Shown: piece after piece, positions 24,169 to 34,191 of the stretch
Numbering within the stretch: the first letter of the stretch is position 1
How the letters are laid out: each line of letters opens with the position of its first letter
Virus record (IMG/VR): IMGVR_UViG_3300045988_122718
Location: 91,170 to 155,169 of that record
Source: a virus
DNA length: 64,000 bases
Reading direction: 5' to 3' (one strand)
Program-made: the position numbers and the translations under genes
Notes under the pieces: model-generated
Databases searched by the model: none
Told to the model about the DNA's origin: nothing
The model's input: only the letters and a program-made list of their open reading frames with translations

Positions 24169-25317
24169 TCAAGTATCTTTTTTAAATAATTTTCTAGTTT
24201 CTTCATAAGACAGGTACTTAATATTAATGCCCGTCAAATTCAGCAGTTTTTCATTTTTAAACTCGTTAACATGAGTTACTGCCAGAGACACCTCATAGGC
24301 AATATCCCCAATATCTTCCTTAATTCTTTGCATAAGCTCACCAACATCAAGATGCCCATACCGAATAGACCCCTGATACTGGTTTGTAATATTGGTCTTG
24401 TCATCAATGTTAATGTTAATCTCCGACTTGTCACATTCACATTCAAAATCACCAGCACCATGCTTCGTCATATATGTTCTAGTAACATAGCACACTTCAA
24501 CGTTTGCATTAGGTAAATACTTTTCAATGATTATATGAGGATTTGCAATGCCAGTATTGCTAGGAGTCGTATTATCATAATACTGAACATGACGCTGATC
24601 CAACAGCAATCCTTGCCCATTTTCAAATATAACGTTATCAAACTTTTGCAAAATCCTACTATAATCAAATACTACATGAGAATGTATAAACTGCACATCG
24701 TCAATAAAGTTATAAATCAAATTGTCGGATGCCAAAATATCTTCCCATTCCTGCAAAACTTCAGGACTAGCCTTTAGCAGCCTCTTAGACGTATATTCAT
24801 CCCTGACACGCTTAAGAAATGCGACCTGCTCGTCCTTAGTCATATTATAAAACTGCTGGAAAGACGGACTTGTAGTATTCCTATATCTAAGAACAGTTTC
24901 CCAAATACCCATACCACAAGAGCCATACCGATTTTTGCCACGACTATCCTCAAGGATTTGATTTGTAATCATATCATATGGAGTAGACCATCTGCAATTC
25001 CAATGACTATAAACACGAGGTGCATAGCCTAATGCCTTCAGTTCCTCGTACTCTTTTCTAAAAGTCATAGGATTTAGAATATACTCTTCCCCAAAATAAG
25101 TATCTGCTCCCGCAAAGGTTCCTGAACCAAAATGGTGGAACACATGTCTAATGTCATCTGGAGTAACTACAGTATGTCCTCTTTGTGCGCCGCCATTGCA
25201 TAGAGCAACGATACAAGATTCATTCCGCTTACTTGCTTCGGCACAAAAGTAATCGGTCATCAGACCTTTTCCCTCGTCGCCAAAATTGCTGCCAATTACT
25301 ACCTTAACATTAGACAT
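24169..25317 (-). CDS. Adenylosuccinate synthetase-like protein (PurA/PurZ superfamily)
   Basis: VVIGSNFGDEGKGLMTDYFC...NGGAQRGHTVV; ENGQGLLLDQ. Confidence 0.85.
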   Translation of the reverse strand: MSNVKVVIGSNFGDEGKGLMTDYFCAEASKRNESCIVALCNGGAQRGHTVVTPDDIRHVFHHFGSGTFAGADTYFGEEYILNPMTFRKEYEELKALGYAPRVYSHWNCRWSTPYDMITNQILEDSRGKNRYGSCGMGIWETVLRYRNTTSPSFQQFYNMTKDEQVAFLKRVRDEYTSKRLLKASPEVLQEWEDILASDNLIYNFIDDVQFIHSHVVFDYSRILQKFDNVIFENGQGLLLDQRHVQYYDNTTPSNTGIANPHIIIEKYLPNANVEVCYVTRTYMTKHGAGDFECECDKSEININIDDKTNITNQYQGSIRYGHLDVGELMQRIKEDIGDIAYEVSLAVTHVNEFKNEKLLNLTGINIKYLSYEETRKLFKKDT

Positions 25318-25331
25318 GTGTTTATCCTTTC

Positions 25332-26186
25332 TTACCAAGAAATACCTTCACTAGATGTTGCTACATTGCCACCAGAAAACGCATTGGTGACAATATCAAT
25401 GATGTCGTCTGCAATCTTATCAACAGATGTATCCTTCAGATGATTCTCGTCCAGAAGCTGTCCGAAAGTCTTATGAACATCCTCCTGATAACGACCATAA
25501 CCATGCTTGACATACAGGTGATAGATATCAAACTTCTCGGATGCATCAATGTAAAGCTGCGTCGTTTCAATATCATTCTGTAGGTCATCACCAGTCACTG
25601 CAGATAGAGCCTTCTTCGGCAGATATGGATTCATAGGCTCATCACCCATAGTGATAATGACACCCTTCTGTCCACGATTCCAGCAGTCTAGCTTCGTGTG
25701 GTTAAGGCCGAAATACCATGCGGCGCTATAAGACTCATAAGCATTACCTCCGCCGCCGCCCTCAAAATAAATCTTATCAAGCTGTTCTGCGATACGGATA
25801 TCAGACTCAAACTGGGATGCCTGAATTGGAGCGCAATCGTAAGCAAGGTCCCCAATGCCCATAACCATAAACTCTACGTCTGCGATATTCTCGTATAGTT
25901 TGGTCATTACTACGTTGATCTGCTTTGCAACTTCCATAGCCGCCTTGCCCATGCTACCAGTTACATCGAGTGCTAGAATAACAGGCTTGGTATTAGGATG
26001 CTCCACAGAATCAACACACTCACGCATTACATTCTTGGGATCAAGGTCTGCTACTAGCATTCTAGATCTGAAATTGTCCTGCACATTAGAGGACATTCCA
26101 GTGACTACACCGTCCATTGACACGTTGTACCCCTTGGTAGTCGTATAAGAGGTAAAAGCGCTTCTAGTCCAACTGCCACCGCCCAT
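25332..26186 (-). CDS. von Willebrand factor A domain protein
   Basis: PVILALDVTGSMGKAAMEV..FMVMGIGDLAYD. Confidence 0.8.
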   Translation of the reverse strand: MGGGSWTRSAFTSYTTTKGYNVSMDGVVTGMSSNVQDNFRSRMLVADLDPKNVMRECVDSVEHPNTKPVILALDVTGSMGKAAMEVAKQINVVMTKLYENIADVEFMVMGIGDLAYDCAPIQASQFESDIRIAEQLDKIYFEGGGGGNAYESYSAAWYFGLNHTKLDCWNRGQKGVIITMGDEPMNPYLPKKALSAVTGDDLQNDIETTQLYIDASEKFDIYHLYVKHGYGRYQEDVHKTFGQLLDENHLKDTSVDKIADDIIDIVTNAFSGGNVATSSEGISW

Positions 26187-26188
26187 TC

Positions 26189-26764
26189 TTACTCAGCCTC
26201 ACTTTCATCATCAATATCAAAATCAAACATGCCACTAAACATGTCGGATACATTGTTGCCGTTCATAAGCATCATCATAGGAAGCATAGAATTCATACCA
26301 TTGCCGGTGCCACTGTTGCCCTTCATCATCTCGGACATAATCATATAAGACATCATCTTGTCCATACCCTTCTTGCCCTTCATGAAGTTGTTGCCGAACA
26401 TGGATACAATCTTGCCGTAGAAATAAGTGCTACCCATAAAGACATGGCGCTCAGGAAGAATAGTTTCTACAGTAGAGTCCTCGTAGTTGATTACGGTGAT
26501 AGTGTCCTTCTCAGCCTTAATCACACACTTGGGCTTACCAGAAACCAGAATGATGTCGCCAACCTCAACCTTGTTCGTAGGCATAACAAAGAAGAACTCT
26601 TCACCAATGTCAAAAACAAAGCTGTCACAATTCGTCAGACGACCATTCTTTACATTGTAGCTCTTGTAACCATTAGAAGTCTTGACCGCGATACCACCGT
26701 TCATAGAAAGTCTGCACATACCAGGTGCAATCTTGCCGAACATACCATTAAATACGTTTGTCAT
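26189..26764 (-). CDS. Hypothetical protein (start reassigned to MTNVFNG)
   Basis: ORF; internal ATG after AGGAG and leader. Confidence 0.55.
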   Translation of the reverse strand: MTNVFNGMFGKIAPGMCRLSMNGGIAVKTSNGYKSYNVKNGRLTNCDSFVFDIGEEFFFVMPTNKVEVGDIILVSGKPKCVIKAEKDTITVINYEDSTVETILPERHVFMGSTYFYGKIVSMFGNNFMKGKKGMDKMMSYMIMSEMMKGNSGTGNGMNSMLPMMMLMNGNNVSDMFSGMFDFDIDDESEAE

Positions 26765-26944
26765 AATGTTTCTCCTTTTTTGAACTTTAATTTTGTACTG
26801 TCTTTTGATGATTGAATAATACCACATCAACTTCATTTTGTCAAATGGTTTCTTCAAGTTTTTTTGAGAGGTGGCTCGGCAGTATGTGTAAGTTTGAACC
26901 ACCTCTCAACTGTATCTGGATTATAGCACCAGATGTTTTATTTA

Positions 26945-29900
26945 TCAAGAGGGTAATTGCACGTTTATCAAGTAGTTCGTCAGCCATTTCTCCGTGACAG
27001 AATAATTCTTTTGCCACTGGCCATCGACCAACTTTGACTTCGGTCGCTGCTCCCAATGGAAATTCAAAAAGCACCCCTTATCAAAAGGATTTTTCTCATA
27101 TGCCCTTTTTTGCACTTTATATGTCACGATCTTTCCGTCCCAGAGTTGATAAATCTGTATCTTTGGAGAATATCGGCAATTCACATCCATGACATAACCA
27201 ATATCCTTTTTGCTTTCATCCTTATAACAAATATAACCTAAATACTCTGACTGCCATGTAAATATGCTTTGCATAGGTACGGTGCAATTGCTCGGAATCA
27301 TACAACAAAGTTCTGTGATAAAGCCGTTTGTGTCCTGTACTCGCCACTGCTTCTCTGTCTCCGTACAATACTTGGTTAAAATCTCCATAGGAAGTTTACA
27401 CTTATCCTTCTTGATAATTTTCTTTCCGCCATATGCATTATACATTTCAACTGTACGTAGTAAAGTACCTATAGTTCCGAACTCAGAAAAATAATCGAGC
27501 TTAATCAAAATGTCTAACATTCTACTGTTTCCAGGAAACGCCCTAATGATATCTACGAATGAGTCAAAATGCTCATCTTTCATCGCATAAAGTTTATCCG
27601 ATGTTTCTGCGTTAATAAATTTGACCGAAGACATGCCTTTATAGATCGTATTTTCTGTCTTATCACAGTTATAATCAGACTTAGAGTGTCTAAACTTTAT
27701 GTCCTTCAATGTAATACCGAAGTACGGAAGTTCATCAATAAGCTTTGCCGTTCTATCCATATCGCCACTATACATAGTAAGTACTACAGTAAAGTATTCA
27801 AGAGGATAATGCGACTTCAAATACGCTCCGTACATTGAGTCTATTGCCACACTAAGACTATGTGATGCATTGAACGAGTAGTGTGCAGCATCATTAACAA
27901 CTTGCCATGTTTCTGCGAAGCCTTTTTCTGTACCAACATTTTTAATCCAACCTTGTAGAAGCTCTGATTCAAGTTTCTTCAACTCATCCTCTTTGAATTT
28001 CTTCTTTGCAATCTTCTTGATGGTATCATAGGTGCCCTTTTCTTCCATACCTAACCACACAAGATAGCTCATGATATTCTCTTGGTACATAAGAAAATGG
28101 AATGAGTCTTCTAGAATATCATCAAGCTCTTTGACGCCTGTAGTATATGGCTTCCTCTCTACAAATGTATTTAACAATGAAGCAAAGCCAGGGCGAATAG
28201 CGGCTACATATGCAGACATCTCTGCTAAGTTTCTAGGTTTATACCTCTTAAGAATCTGCTTATCATAATCACTATCGGCCTGATTTATTGTCGTAGTAAG
28301 ACCTTTAGCATAAATATCCCACACCTTATCATCGCAGTTTTTGATAAGTGTCGTAATATTGTCAATCGGTCTACCAATCATTTCATATACATCATGAATA
28401 ATCTGATATACAGAAACAGTTAAATAATCGTTCTTTAGATACTTATAAACATCACAATTATAACCATCAAGACAGCAACAAGTTACGTCTCCGACCTTAA
28501 TTAGACCTATCATTTCAGATATTTTATCGTTGGACAGAAGAAAACTACAAGGACTTGGTGCAACACTTTCTACTACTCCACGGAAAATCTTGCTACCCTC
28601 TATCAAATCCTTCCACTTAGGGTCATCCAAATGATTTTCCAAATTTTTCGCCACATCATCATACTCTGAAATGTTAAGGCCATTAGCTTTACACCAAAGA
28701 CGGAACGCAGAAGATTCCTGTAGTGGCTTATACGCAACCATATAATAGATTCCGTCTTCGCCAAGAATATCCTTACTCGCTTGAATAACAGGTGTTACAT
28801 CCGCAAAGTTAAGATCAATATCTGGGATGCTGCGACTAGAAAGAATACGCTCTGCCGACATAAATCTCGTAGGATAGAGTTTGATAGGGGCACTAATACG
28901 GTCTACCTCGGTAAGCCCTAACAACTTGTTGATATAAAAAGACACTGCCGATCCACGCCCGCTACGAGTTAAAATGGCATCATAATCCTTGACTGCCTTT
29001 TCTACAACGTAATGGTCTAGAATAAAATAGTCTGCCATACCACAGTCTTCAATAATCTTATATTCGTACTTGATTTGCTCGATATATTCCTTGTGACGTT
29101 CTTTAGGCACATTGACCTTTTCTCTGCGCCATCCTTCATTGATAAGCTTTCGCAAAATAGCATTGCTATCGCCTTCAACTACTTTAGGAATTTTAAACTC
29201 CTTATCAATATAAATACCTTCGGCATTATCGAATACAAGGGTATTATTTAGGGCTTCTTCCACTTCTCCTCTTGTGAGTATCCCCTGTTTCTCATAGCGT
29301 TCAAAGATAGTATCAGAATCAGGATAGTCAAGACAGAATCCTGATTCTTCTTCATATACAATGCCTTTAGCCTTTAAGAATAAGTCACGATACTTGGCAT
29401 CTTCTGGTAAAATATAGTGAGAGTCATTGGCATGGATAATAGGCACACCAGTCTCTCTATGCAAAGCAATAATCTTTTTATTATACTCTATCTGGTGAAT
29501 ATCATTATGATTTTGCACCTCAAGATAAAAATTTTTCCCAAAATGTTTATAAAGAGGTTCAAAAAAGTTAGCGCTCCAATAATCTGGTTCAATCGGTATC
29601 TTTTCGTAAATTGGCTTTTTAACAATCCGATCTCCCACATGATAACTGGGGCCAGAATCATTAACCACTACGTCTCTATATCCGATAATATTTCTTGTTT
29701 CTTCATAATATTTTGGTTTAAACATTCTCCCAGCAATACAAGCAGTCGTTACAACAACTTCTTCTGCCGGTAGACTAAGGAGGAGTTTGAGATCAATTCT
29801 TGGCTTATAATAATACCCTTCAGTATTGGCCACAGACATAATCCTGTTGATTTCTCTACGAGCATTTTCTGTTAAAGCCACAAGCATTATATGATAATTT

Positions 29901-30148
29901 GTTCGACTTGTTTTATCATTGATGTCGTCAACGTAATACGCCTCAACTGCATAAATACACTTCAAATCATTCTGCTGACAAAGAGTATAAGCTTCAAAAA
30001 TGTTACCTTGAAACCCATGCTCTGTAGTGAAATATGTAGTATGACCAAGCTCCTTAGCACGATTGATGTAGTCAATTGGTTTCACCACACAATCCAATGT
30101 GCGCAAATTACTATACATCGTATGTTTATGGTAGTTGTTATATCTCAC
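26945..30148 (-). CDS. DNA polymerase III alpha subunit, DnaE-type with PHP domain
   Basis: YHKHTMYSNLRTLD (PHP); GRGSAVSFYINKLLGLTEVDRI; PDIDLNFAD; YQENIMSYLVWLGM. Confidence 0.93.
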   Translation of the reverse strand: MRYNNYHKHTMYSNLRTLDCVVKPIDYINRAKELGHTTYFTTEHGFQGNIFEAYTLCQQNDLKCIYAVEAYYVDDINDKTSRTNYHIMLVALTENARREINRIMSVANTEGYYYKPRIDLKLLLSLPAEEVVVTTACIAGRMFKPKYYEETRNIIGYRDVVVNDSGPSYHVGDRIVKKPIYEKIPIEPDYWSANFFEPLYKHFGKNFYLEVQNHNDIHQIEYNKKIIALHRETGVPIIHANDSHYILPEDAKYRDLFLKAKGIVYEEESGFCLDYPDSDTIFERYEKQGILTRGEVEEALNNTLVFDNAEGIYIDKEFKIPKVVEGDSNAILRKLINEGWRREKVNVPKERHKEYIEQIKYEYKIIEDCGMADYFILDHYVVEKAVKDYDAILTRSGRGSAVSFYINKLLGLTEVDRISAPIKLYPTRFMSAERILSSRSIPDIDLNFADVTPVIQASKDILGEDGIYYMVAYKPLQESSAFRLWCKANGLNISEYDDVAKNLENHLDDPKWKDLIEGSKIFRGVVESVAPSPCSFLLSNDKISEMIGLIKVGDVTCCCLDGYNCDVYKYLKNDYLTVSVYQIIHDVYEMIGRPIDNITTLIKNCDDKVWDIYAKGLTTTINQADSDYDKQILKRYKPRNLAEMSAYVAAIRPGFASLLNTFVERKPYTTGVKELDDILEDSFHFLMYQENIMSYLVWLGMEEKGTYDTIKKIAKKKFKEDELKKLESELLQGWIKNVGTEKGFAETWQVVNDAAHYSFNASHSLSVAIDSMYGAYLKSHYPLEYFTVVLTMYSGDMDRTAKLIDELPYFGITLKDIKFRHSKSDYNCDKTENTIYKGMSSVKFINAETSDKLYAMKDEHFDSFVDIIRAFPGNSRMLDILIKLDYFSEFGTIGTLLRTVEMYNAYGGKKIIKKDKCKLPMEILTKYCTETEKQWRVQDTNGFITELCCMIPSNCTVPMQSIFTWQSEYLGYICYKDESKKDIGYVMDVNCRYSPKIQIYQLWDGKIVTYKVQKRAYEKNPFDKGCFLNFHWEQRPKSKLVDGQWQKNYSVTEKWLTNYLINVQLPS

Positions 30149-30360
30149 TATGCCACCTCATATCCTAGAAATTTTATCTTTACATAATACGTCCACTTAG
30201 GCTTCCAAATCTGCCACCACTTGCGCTTATACTTGTCAAATCCTACAATGCAAAATGGTGCAGCCCAAAGGCTACTTTCTGACATAAAAACATCTAACCC
30301 AACAGAAAAGATATCTCCATCGTGTAATTCATAAACTCTTACTTCGTCCATCACTCGCAC
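30148..30360 (-). CDS. Hypothetical protein
   Basis: Co-directional ORF. Confidence 0.45.
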   Translation of the reverse strand: MRVMDEVRVYELHDGDIFSVGLDVFMSESSLWAAPFCIVGFDKYKRKWWQIWKPKWTYYVKIKFLGYEVA

Positions 30361-30372
30361 CTCCCCCTACTT

Positions 30373-30420
30373 TAATTTTGTACTGTTATATCATACTTCT
30401 TCTTCTTTGTCAAGTTTAAC
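30373..30420 (-). promoter_or_regulatory. Promoter plus conserved leader
   Basis: Sense: TTGACAAAGAAGAAGAAGTATGATATAACAGTACAAAATTAAAGTAGG. Confidence 0.65.
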
Positions 30421-31995
30421 ATAATCATTCATTGTAAGCTGAAAAAACTTATTGCGACCATAATACGGGGCTGCCAAAGTGCCAATCCCAACAAACTCTC
30501 CGTTATTATCCATAGTTTTCCACGACATATCGTTCCACTTGACTAGAATAACTCCACTCTCATCAATAATTTTTAAATGTTTCTTAGTAGAGAATGTACT
30601 CACTTCATAGTTATCGGTTCTAATAAGCACTGTAACCGCTGGGGAATCTTTCCCACTGATACGATTAAAAGCGTTAAGCTGCTTAATGAGTTGTTCATTT
30701 ACCTGTTCTGCTGTGATTTCAATATCAGCCTCAATATCGACACTAAATTCAATATCTGCTAGTTCATCTTCTATGACATTTCTAAACTGTTCAAATTTAT
30801 CTGTATCACAAGTAAACCCAGCCGCCGACTCATGTCCGTCACAACGAGCTAGACCAGTATTGTTTACTATACCCATGAAATCTGGGATTCCTATGGCCCT
30901 CATGCTGCCAGATATTGTGTCACCATAATCTCTAACTACTATAAGGGGGCGCTGGAATTCTGATAGCAAACGGTTCCCGACCAAGCCCGTTATATCCGCA
31001 TCTGTTTCGTCAATGAAAAACACCATAAACTTTTTATCCAATTGCTCTTCACCTTGCTTCATAAGGTCTGGTAATATTCCATTGACAATCTCATTCTGCT
31101 CTTCACGACACGCTTTAAGTTTTGGATAAATTTCAGCAATTTCATCCTCATCTTCTGCCAAAAACATTTGTGCGGACAAATCATTATGCCTTGTTCTAAT
31201 TGCAGCATTAACTAGTGGGGCAATACTAAATTGAATAGCTTCTGTATTAAACTGATAAGTGCCGATCATTTTTTTAACAATTGGATTTTGATATTGGTTT
31301 AATCCCTTGCTAACGATATACCGATTTTCTGGCTCTGCAAGTGAGCAGACATCTGCAACGATTCCAACTGCTCCATACCACCATAAATCATCTGCATAAT
31401 CAGTAAGATTCATTTCATCACAATATAAGCAGCACTTAAGCACAACACCAGCACCTGACAGTTGGCTATTCGGGTAATCTACTGCGCTACTTACAAGAAC
31501 AAACGGAACATTACTATTTAATAATTCTTGGCTCGGAATATGATGATCCATCACAATCAAAGAAATTCCAGAGTCTGTAATTTTTTTATATATACTAGGG
31601 TCATTATTAAGACTGTCTACTACAATAATAATATCTACTCCATCAAAAACTTCCAAATCTATGTTCTGTACGCCATGTTCCTTCTTGTCGTGTACAAAAT
31701 ATGAGACATCTGCGCCGGCTCTTTGTAGGTATTTGGTCATAATTGCTCCAGCAGCATGGCCATCTTGGTCTTCGTCCCACACTACGCAAAATTTATATCC
31801 CATTGCTATTCCATCGTCAATAATTTCATACGCCTTGTCTATGTTTTTTAACTTCTCAAATGGGATTAAGGAGTCCTCACTTGGGTGCAAGAACTCCTGA
31901 ATATCTTCAATTTCTCTATCATCAAGTATGGTTTCTATAATTTCACCATTATCCATACCACGACAATCATATTTTGCCTTTAATACTTTCTTCAT
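30391..31995 (-). CDS. RecJ-like DHH single-strand exonuclease
   Basis: VVWDEDQDGHAAGAI..IIIVVDSLNND...LIVMDHHIPS; DGHESAAGF. Confidence 0.88.
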   Translation of the reverse strand: MKKVLKAKYDCRGMDNGEIIETILDDREIEDIQEFLHPSEDSLIPFEKLKNIDKAYEIIDDGIAMGYKFCVVWDEDQDGHAAGAIMTKYLQRAGADVSYFVHDKKEHGVQNIDLEVFDGVDIIIVVDSLNNDPSIYKKITDSGISLIVMDHHIPSQELLNSNVPFVLVSSAVDYPNSQLSGAGVVLKCCLYCDEMNLTDYADDLWWYGAVGIVADVCSLAEPENRYIVSKGLNQYQNPIVKKMIGTYQFNTEAIQFSIAPLVNAAIRTRHNDLSAQMFLAEDEDEIAEIYPKLKACREEQNEIVNGILPDLMKQGEEQLDKKFMVFFIDETDADITGLVGNRLLSEFQRPLIVVRDYGDTISGSMRAIGIPDFMGIVNNTGLARCDGHESAAGFTCDTDKFEQFRNVIEDELADIEFSVDIEADIEITAEQVNEQLIKQLNAFNRISGKDSPAVTVLIRTDNYEVSTFSTKKHLKIIDESGVILVKWNDMSWKTMDNNGEFVGIGTLAAPYYGRNKFFQLTMNDYVKLDKEEEV

Positions 31996-32004
31996 TCACA
32001 TCAC

Positions 32005-32211
32005 CTATCCAAAAATACACCCAGACTCAAAGCAGCACCCATCTAAATCTTCTCTGGTCTCATTTATTTCCACACAAGCAAGAACACATACTCCTTCATA
32101 ACGATAATTATTATCTTTGTCCATAAACGAAACAAGTACTGTTTTGCCAATGGACGGCAGCTCATTCATCTTATGCCAAATCATCAAATACCTTCTTTCT
32201 AAACAAATCAA
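32005..32211 (-). CDS. DUF551-like small protein
   Basis: WHKMNELPSIGKTVLVSF. Confidence 0.5.
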   Translation of the reverse strand: MICLERRYLMIWHKMNELPSIGKTVLVSFMDKDNNYRYEGVCVLACVEINETREDLDGCCFESGCIFG

Positions 32212-32342
32212 ACTTTCGGAAGAACTTTCCCCATGGTAAGCAACACCAATATGTTACTCTATACCTACCATTTAAAGTAGTCTCGTAATAATGCCAAAAG
32301 CCGAAAAACGAATAAATCTTTTGCCATAGTGTCTTTTTCATA

Positions 32343-32573
32343 TTAGTCCTCCTTAACCAAATCTACTGCAATAATAAACTTATCAGCATCCATACACCAA
32401 AAGTCCTTGCAATAGCCGCACCCTCTCGCTAATTGTGTATGCTCTTTATCCAAGTGTAATGCACAAAAAATAGGGGCACCTAAAACTTTATCATTTTCGC
32501 ATTCAATCACTTTGTGAACTACATATTTACAATAATCGCAACAAGGGATACATTCTTCACTACATTTCCTCAT
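32343..32573 (-). CDS. Small Cys-rich protein
   Basis: CIPCCDYCKYV..CALHLD..GCGYCKDFW. Confidence 0.5.
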   Translation of the reverse strand: MRKCSEECIPCCDYCKYVVHKVIECENDKVLGAPIFCALHLDKEHTQLARGCGYCKDFWCMDADKFIIAVDLVKED

Positions 32574-33064
32574 AGTCTCCTCCCAATTTCATTCGTAATC
32601 TTTTCGGCTTCTCTAATTTCTTTCTCTGCTTGTTTACAAATGCTGTCAATGTCCTTTTGAACAAGTTCGAGCATCCCTCTCATATCTTCGTTGTGCTTGT
32701 ACTTCTTCTTTATATTTTGTTTATGTTTATCCCAATAATAGAATCTGATGTATGAGAATAATTTAAATTTGACTTTATATTTGTTTCTAAACTTTACACT
32801 AAGTCTACGATACATATCATATCCATCATATTCTTCTTTAATATTTAAAGAACATAGTTTCCCATCATAATCGTATCCTATTTCATATCTGTCTGGATTT
32901 AAATTATAAAAATCTATAAAATCTTTGAAGGATAAAAATATTTCACTTTTGCCATCATCATAACCACTCTGATTGAAATACTCTTGCTTTATAGCAAACA
33001 CCGCTACAAAAATAGGAACACCAATAATTGTACAAAATATCAAACATCCAATCGGAAATATCAT
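32570..33064 (-). CDS. Hypothetical protein with N-terminal TM helix
   Basis: MIFPIGCLIFCTIIGVPIFVAVFAI. Confidence 0.5.
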   Translation of the reverse strand: MIFPIGCLIFCTIIGVPIFVAVFAIKQEYFNQSGYDDGKSEIFLSFKDFIDFYNLNPDRYEIGYDYDGKLCSLNIKEEYDGYDMYRRLSVKFRNKYKVKFKLFSYIRFYYWDKHKQNIKKKYKHNEDMRGMLELVQKDIDSICKQAEKEIREAEKITNEIGRRL

Positions 33065-34092
33065 AACTCCTCCTCCAACTCCGTTTCGTCTTTTATGTTT
33101 TCTGCCAATATATATTCAAGAACTTCCTTACCTTCGTCAGAGGCCGAAGCCTTGGCTGGAAGATCTAAACATTCTTCCCAATCAAAATAACTTATTTGTA
33201 AATCTCTCATAGTTGCTACACTACGCAACATATCTATATTTCTTTTAGTATTATTCAATGGTAAATCATTATCAAGCATAAAAATTACTTTCTGTGGGTT
33301 TAGCGATAGAATCATCTTTGCCTGATATTCTGATAGGCTATTGCTGCCAAGTGCTACCGCATTGTGGTAGCCATAACTTGCACATTGTAACACGGACTTT
33401 TCACTCTCGAATATCATTACTGTACCACCATACATTAAACTATAGTTAGTGCTATAGCCGAAGAGTGTTTTGCTCGTTTGACATGGAACTAAATAAAGGT
33501 ACTTTGGGTCATCATCATTGTCAGTTTCGTAGTTGCGTCGCCCCTTCAAGCCCATCAAGCTCCCATATTGATCACGAATAGGTATTACAATTCTATCTGT
33601 ATTTACATCATATGAGATACCAAATTCCATTTGTGTTTCAAGTGATATATGGTCGCGCTGGAATCTTACATTTGGGACCTTTAGATATGCATCTAAGATT
33701 AATTCGTCATATGTTTTTGGAGGAGCATCTACTTTATGTATTATATTTTCATAAACACCTCCAAAAATGAGACGACGGCTTTGAGGTCGCCAGTCATCTG
33801 ATAGGTGGAGAATACGTTTGATTGTTGTAAGTATAGTTCTAAAGTCTGTATGCTTTTCTTTAATAATATATGAAACAATATCGCAATGCTCAGACCTTGC
33901 GTAGTCTGTTACATTGAGATAGTCATTATTCTCAAGCCTTATACGAATGTTCTGTCCGCCTTCACTGTTTCTAGCAAAGCGAATCTCGTTTCTTTTGATG
34001 GTTATATGCTCAAACTCGAACTCCTCAAGGAGGGTGCAAATGTTTTCTGGGTCTTCTAATAGCTGTTTTTTTAGTTCTGAAATCACATTCAC
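33061..34092 (-). CDS. Toprim-domain DNA primase-like protein
   Basis: DRIVIPIRDQYGSLMGLKGR...TVMIFESEKSVLQ...VIFMLDNDLP. Confidence 0.8.
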   Translation of the reverse strand: MNVISELKKQLLEDPENICTLLEEFEFEHITIKRNEIRFARNSEGGQNIRIRLENNDYLNVTDYARSEHCDIVSYIIKEKHTDFRTILTTIKRILHLSDDWRPQSRRLIFGGVYENIIHKVDAPPKTYDELILDAYLKVPNVRFQRDHISLETQMEFGISYDVNTDRIVIPIRDQYGSLMGLKGRRNYETDNDDDPKYLYLVPCQTSKTLFGYSTNYSLMYGGTVMIFESEKSVLQCASYGYHNAVALGSNSLSEYQAKMILSLNPQKVIFMLDNDLPLNNTKRNIDMLRSVATMRDLQISYFDWEECLDLPAKASASDEGKEVLEYILAENIKDETELEEEL

Positions 34093-34191
34093 ACCACTCC
34101 TTTCGTTAATTTTGTACGGTTATTATATCATAAAATTTGGATTTGTCAAGAGGGAGATGCTTCTTTATATTTTATTTATTCACTAGGTCTA

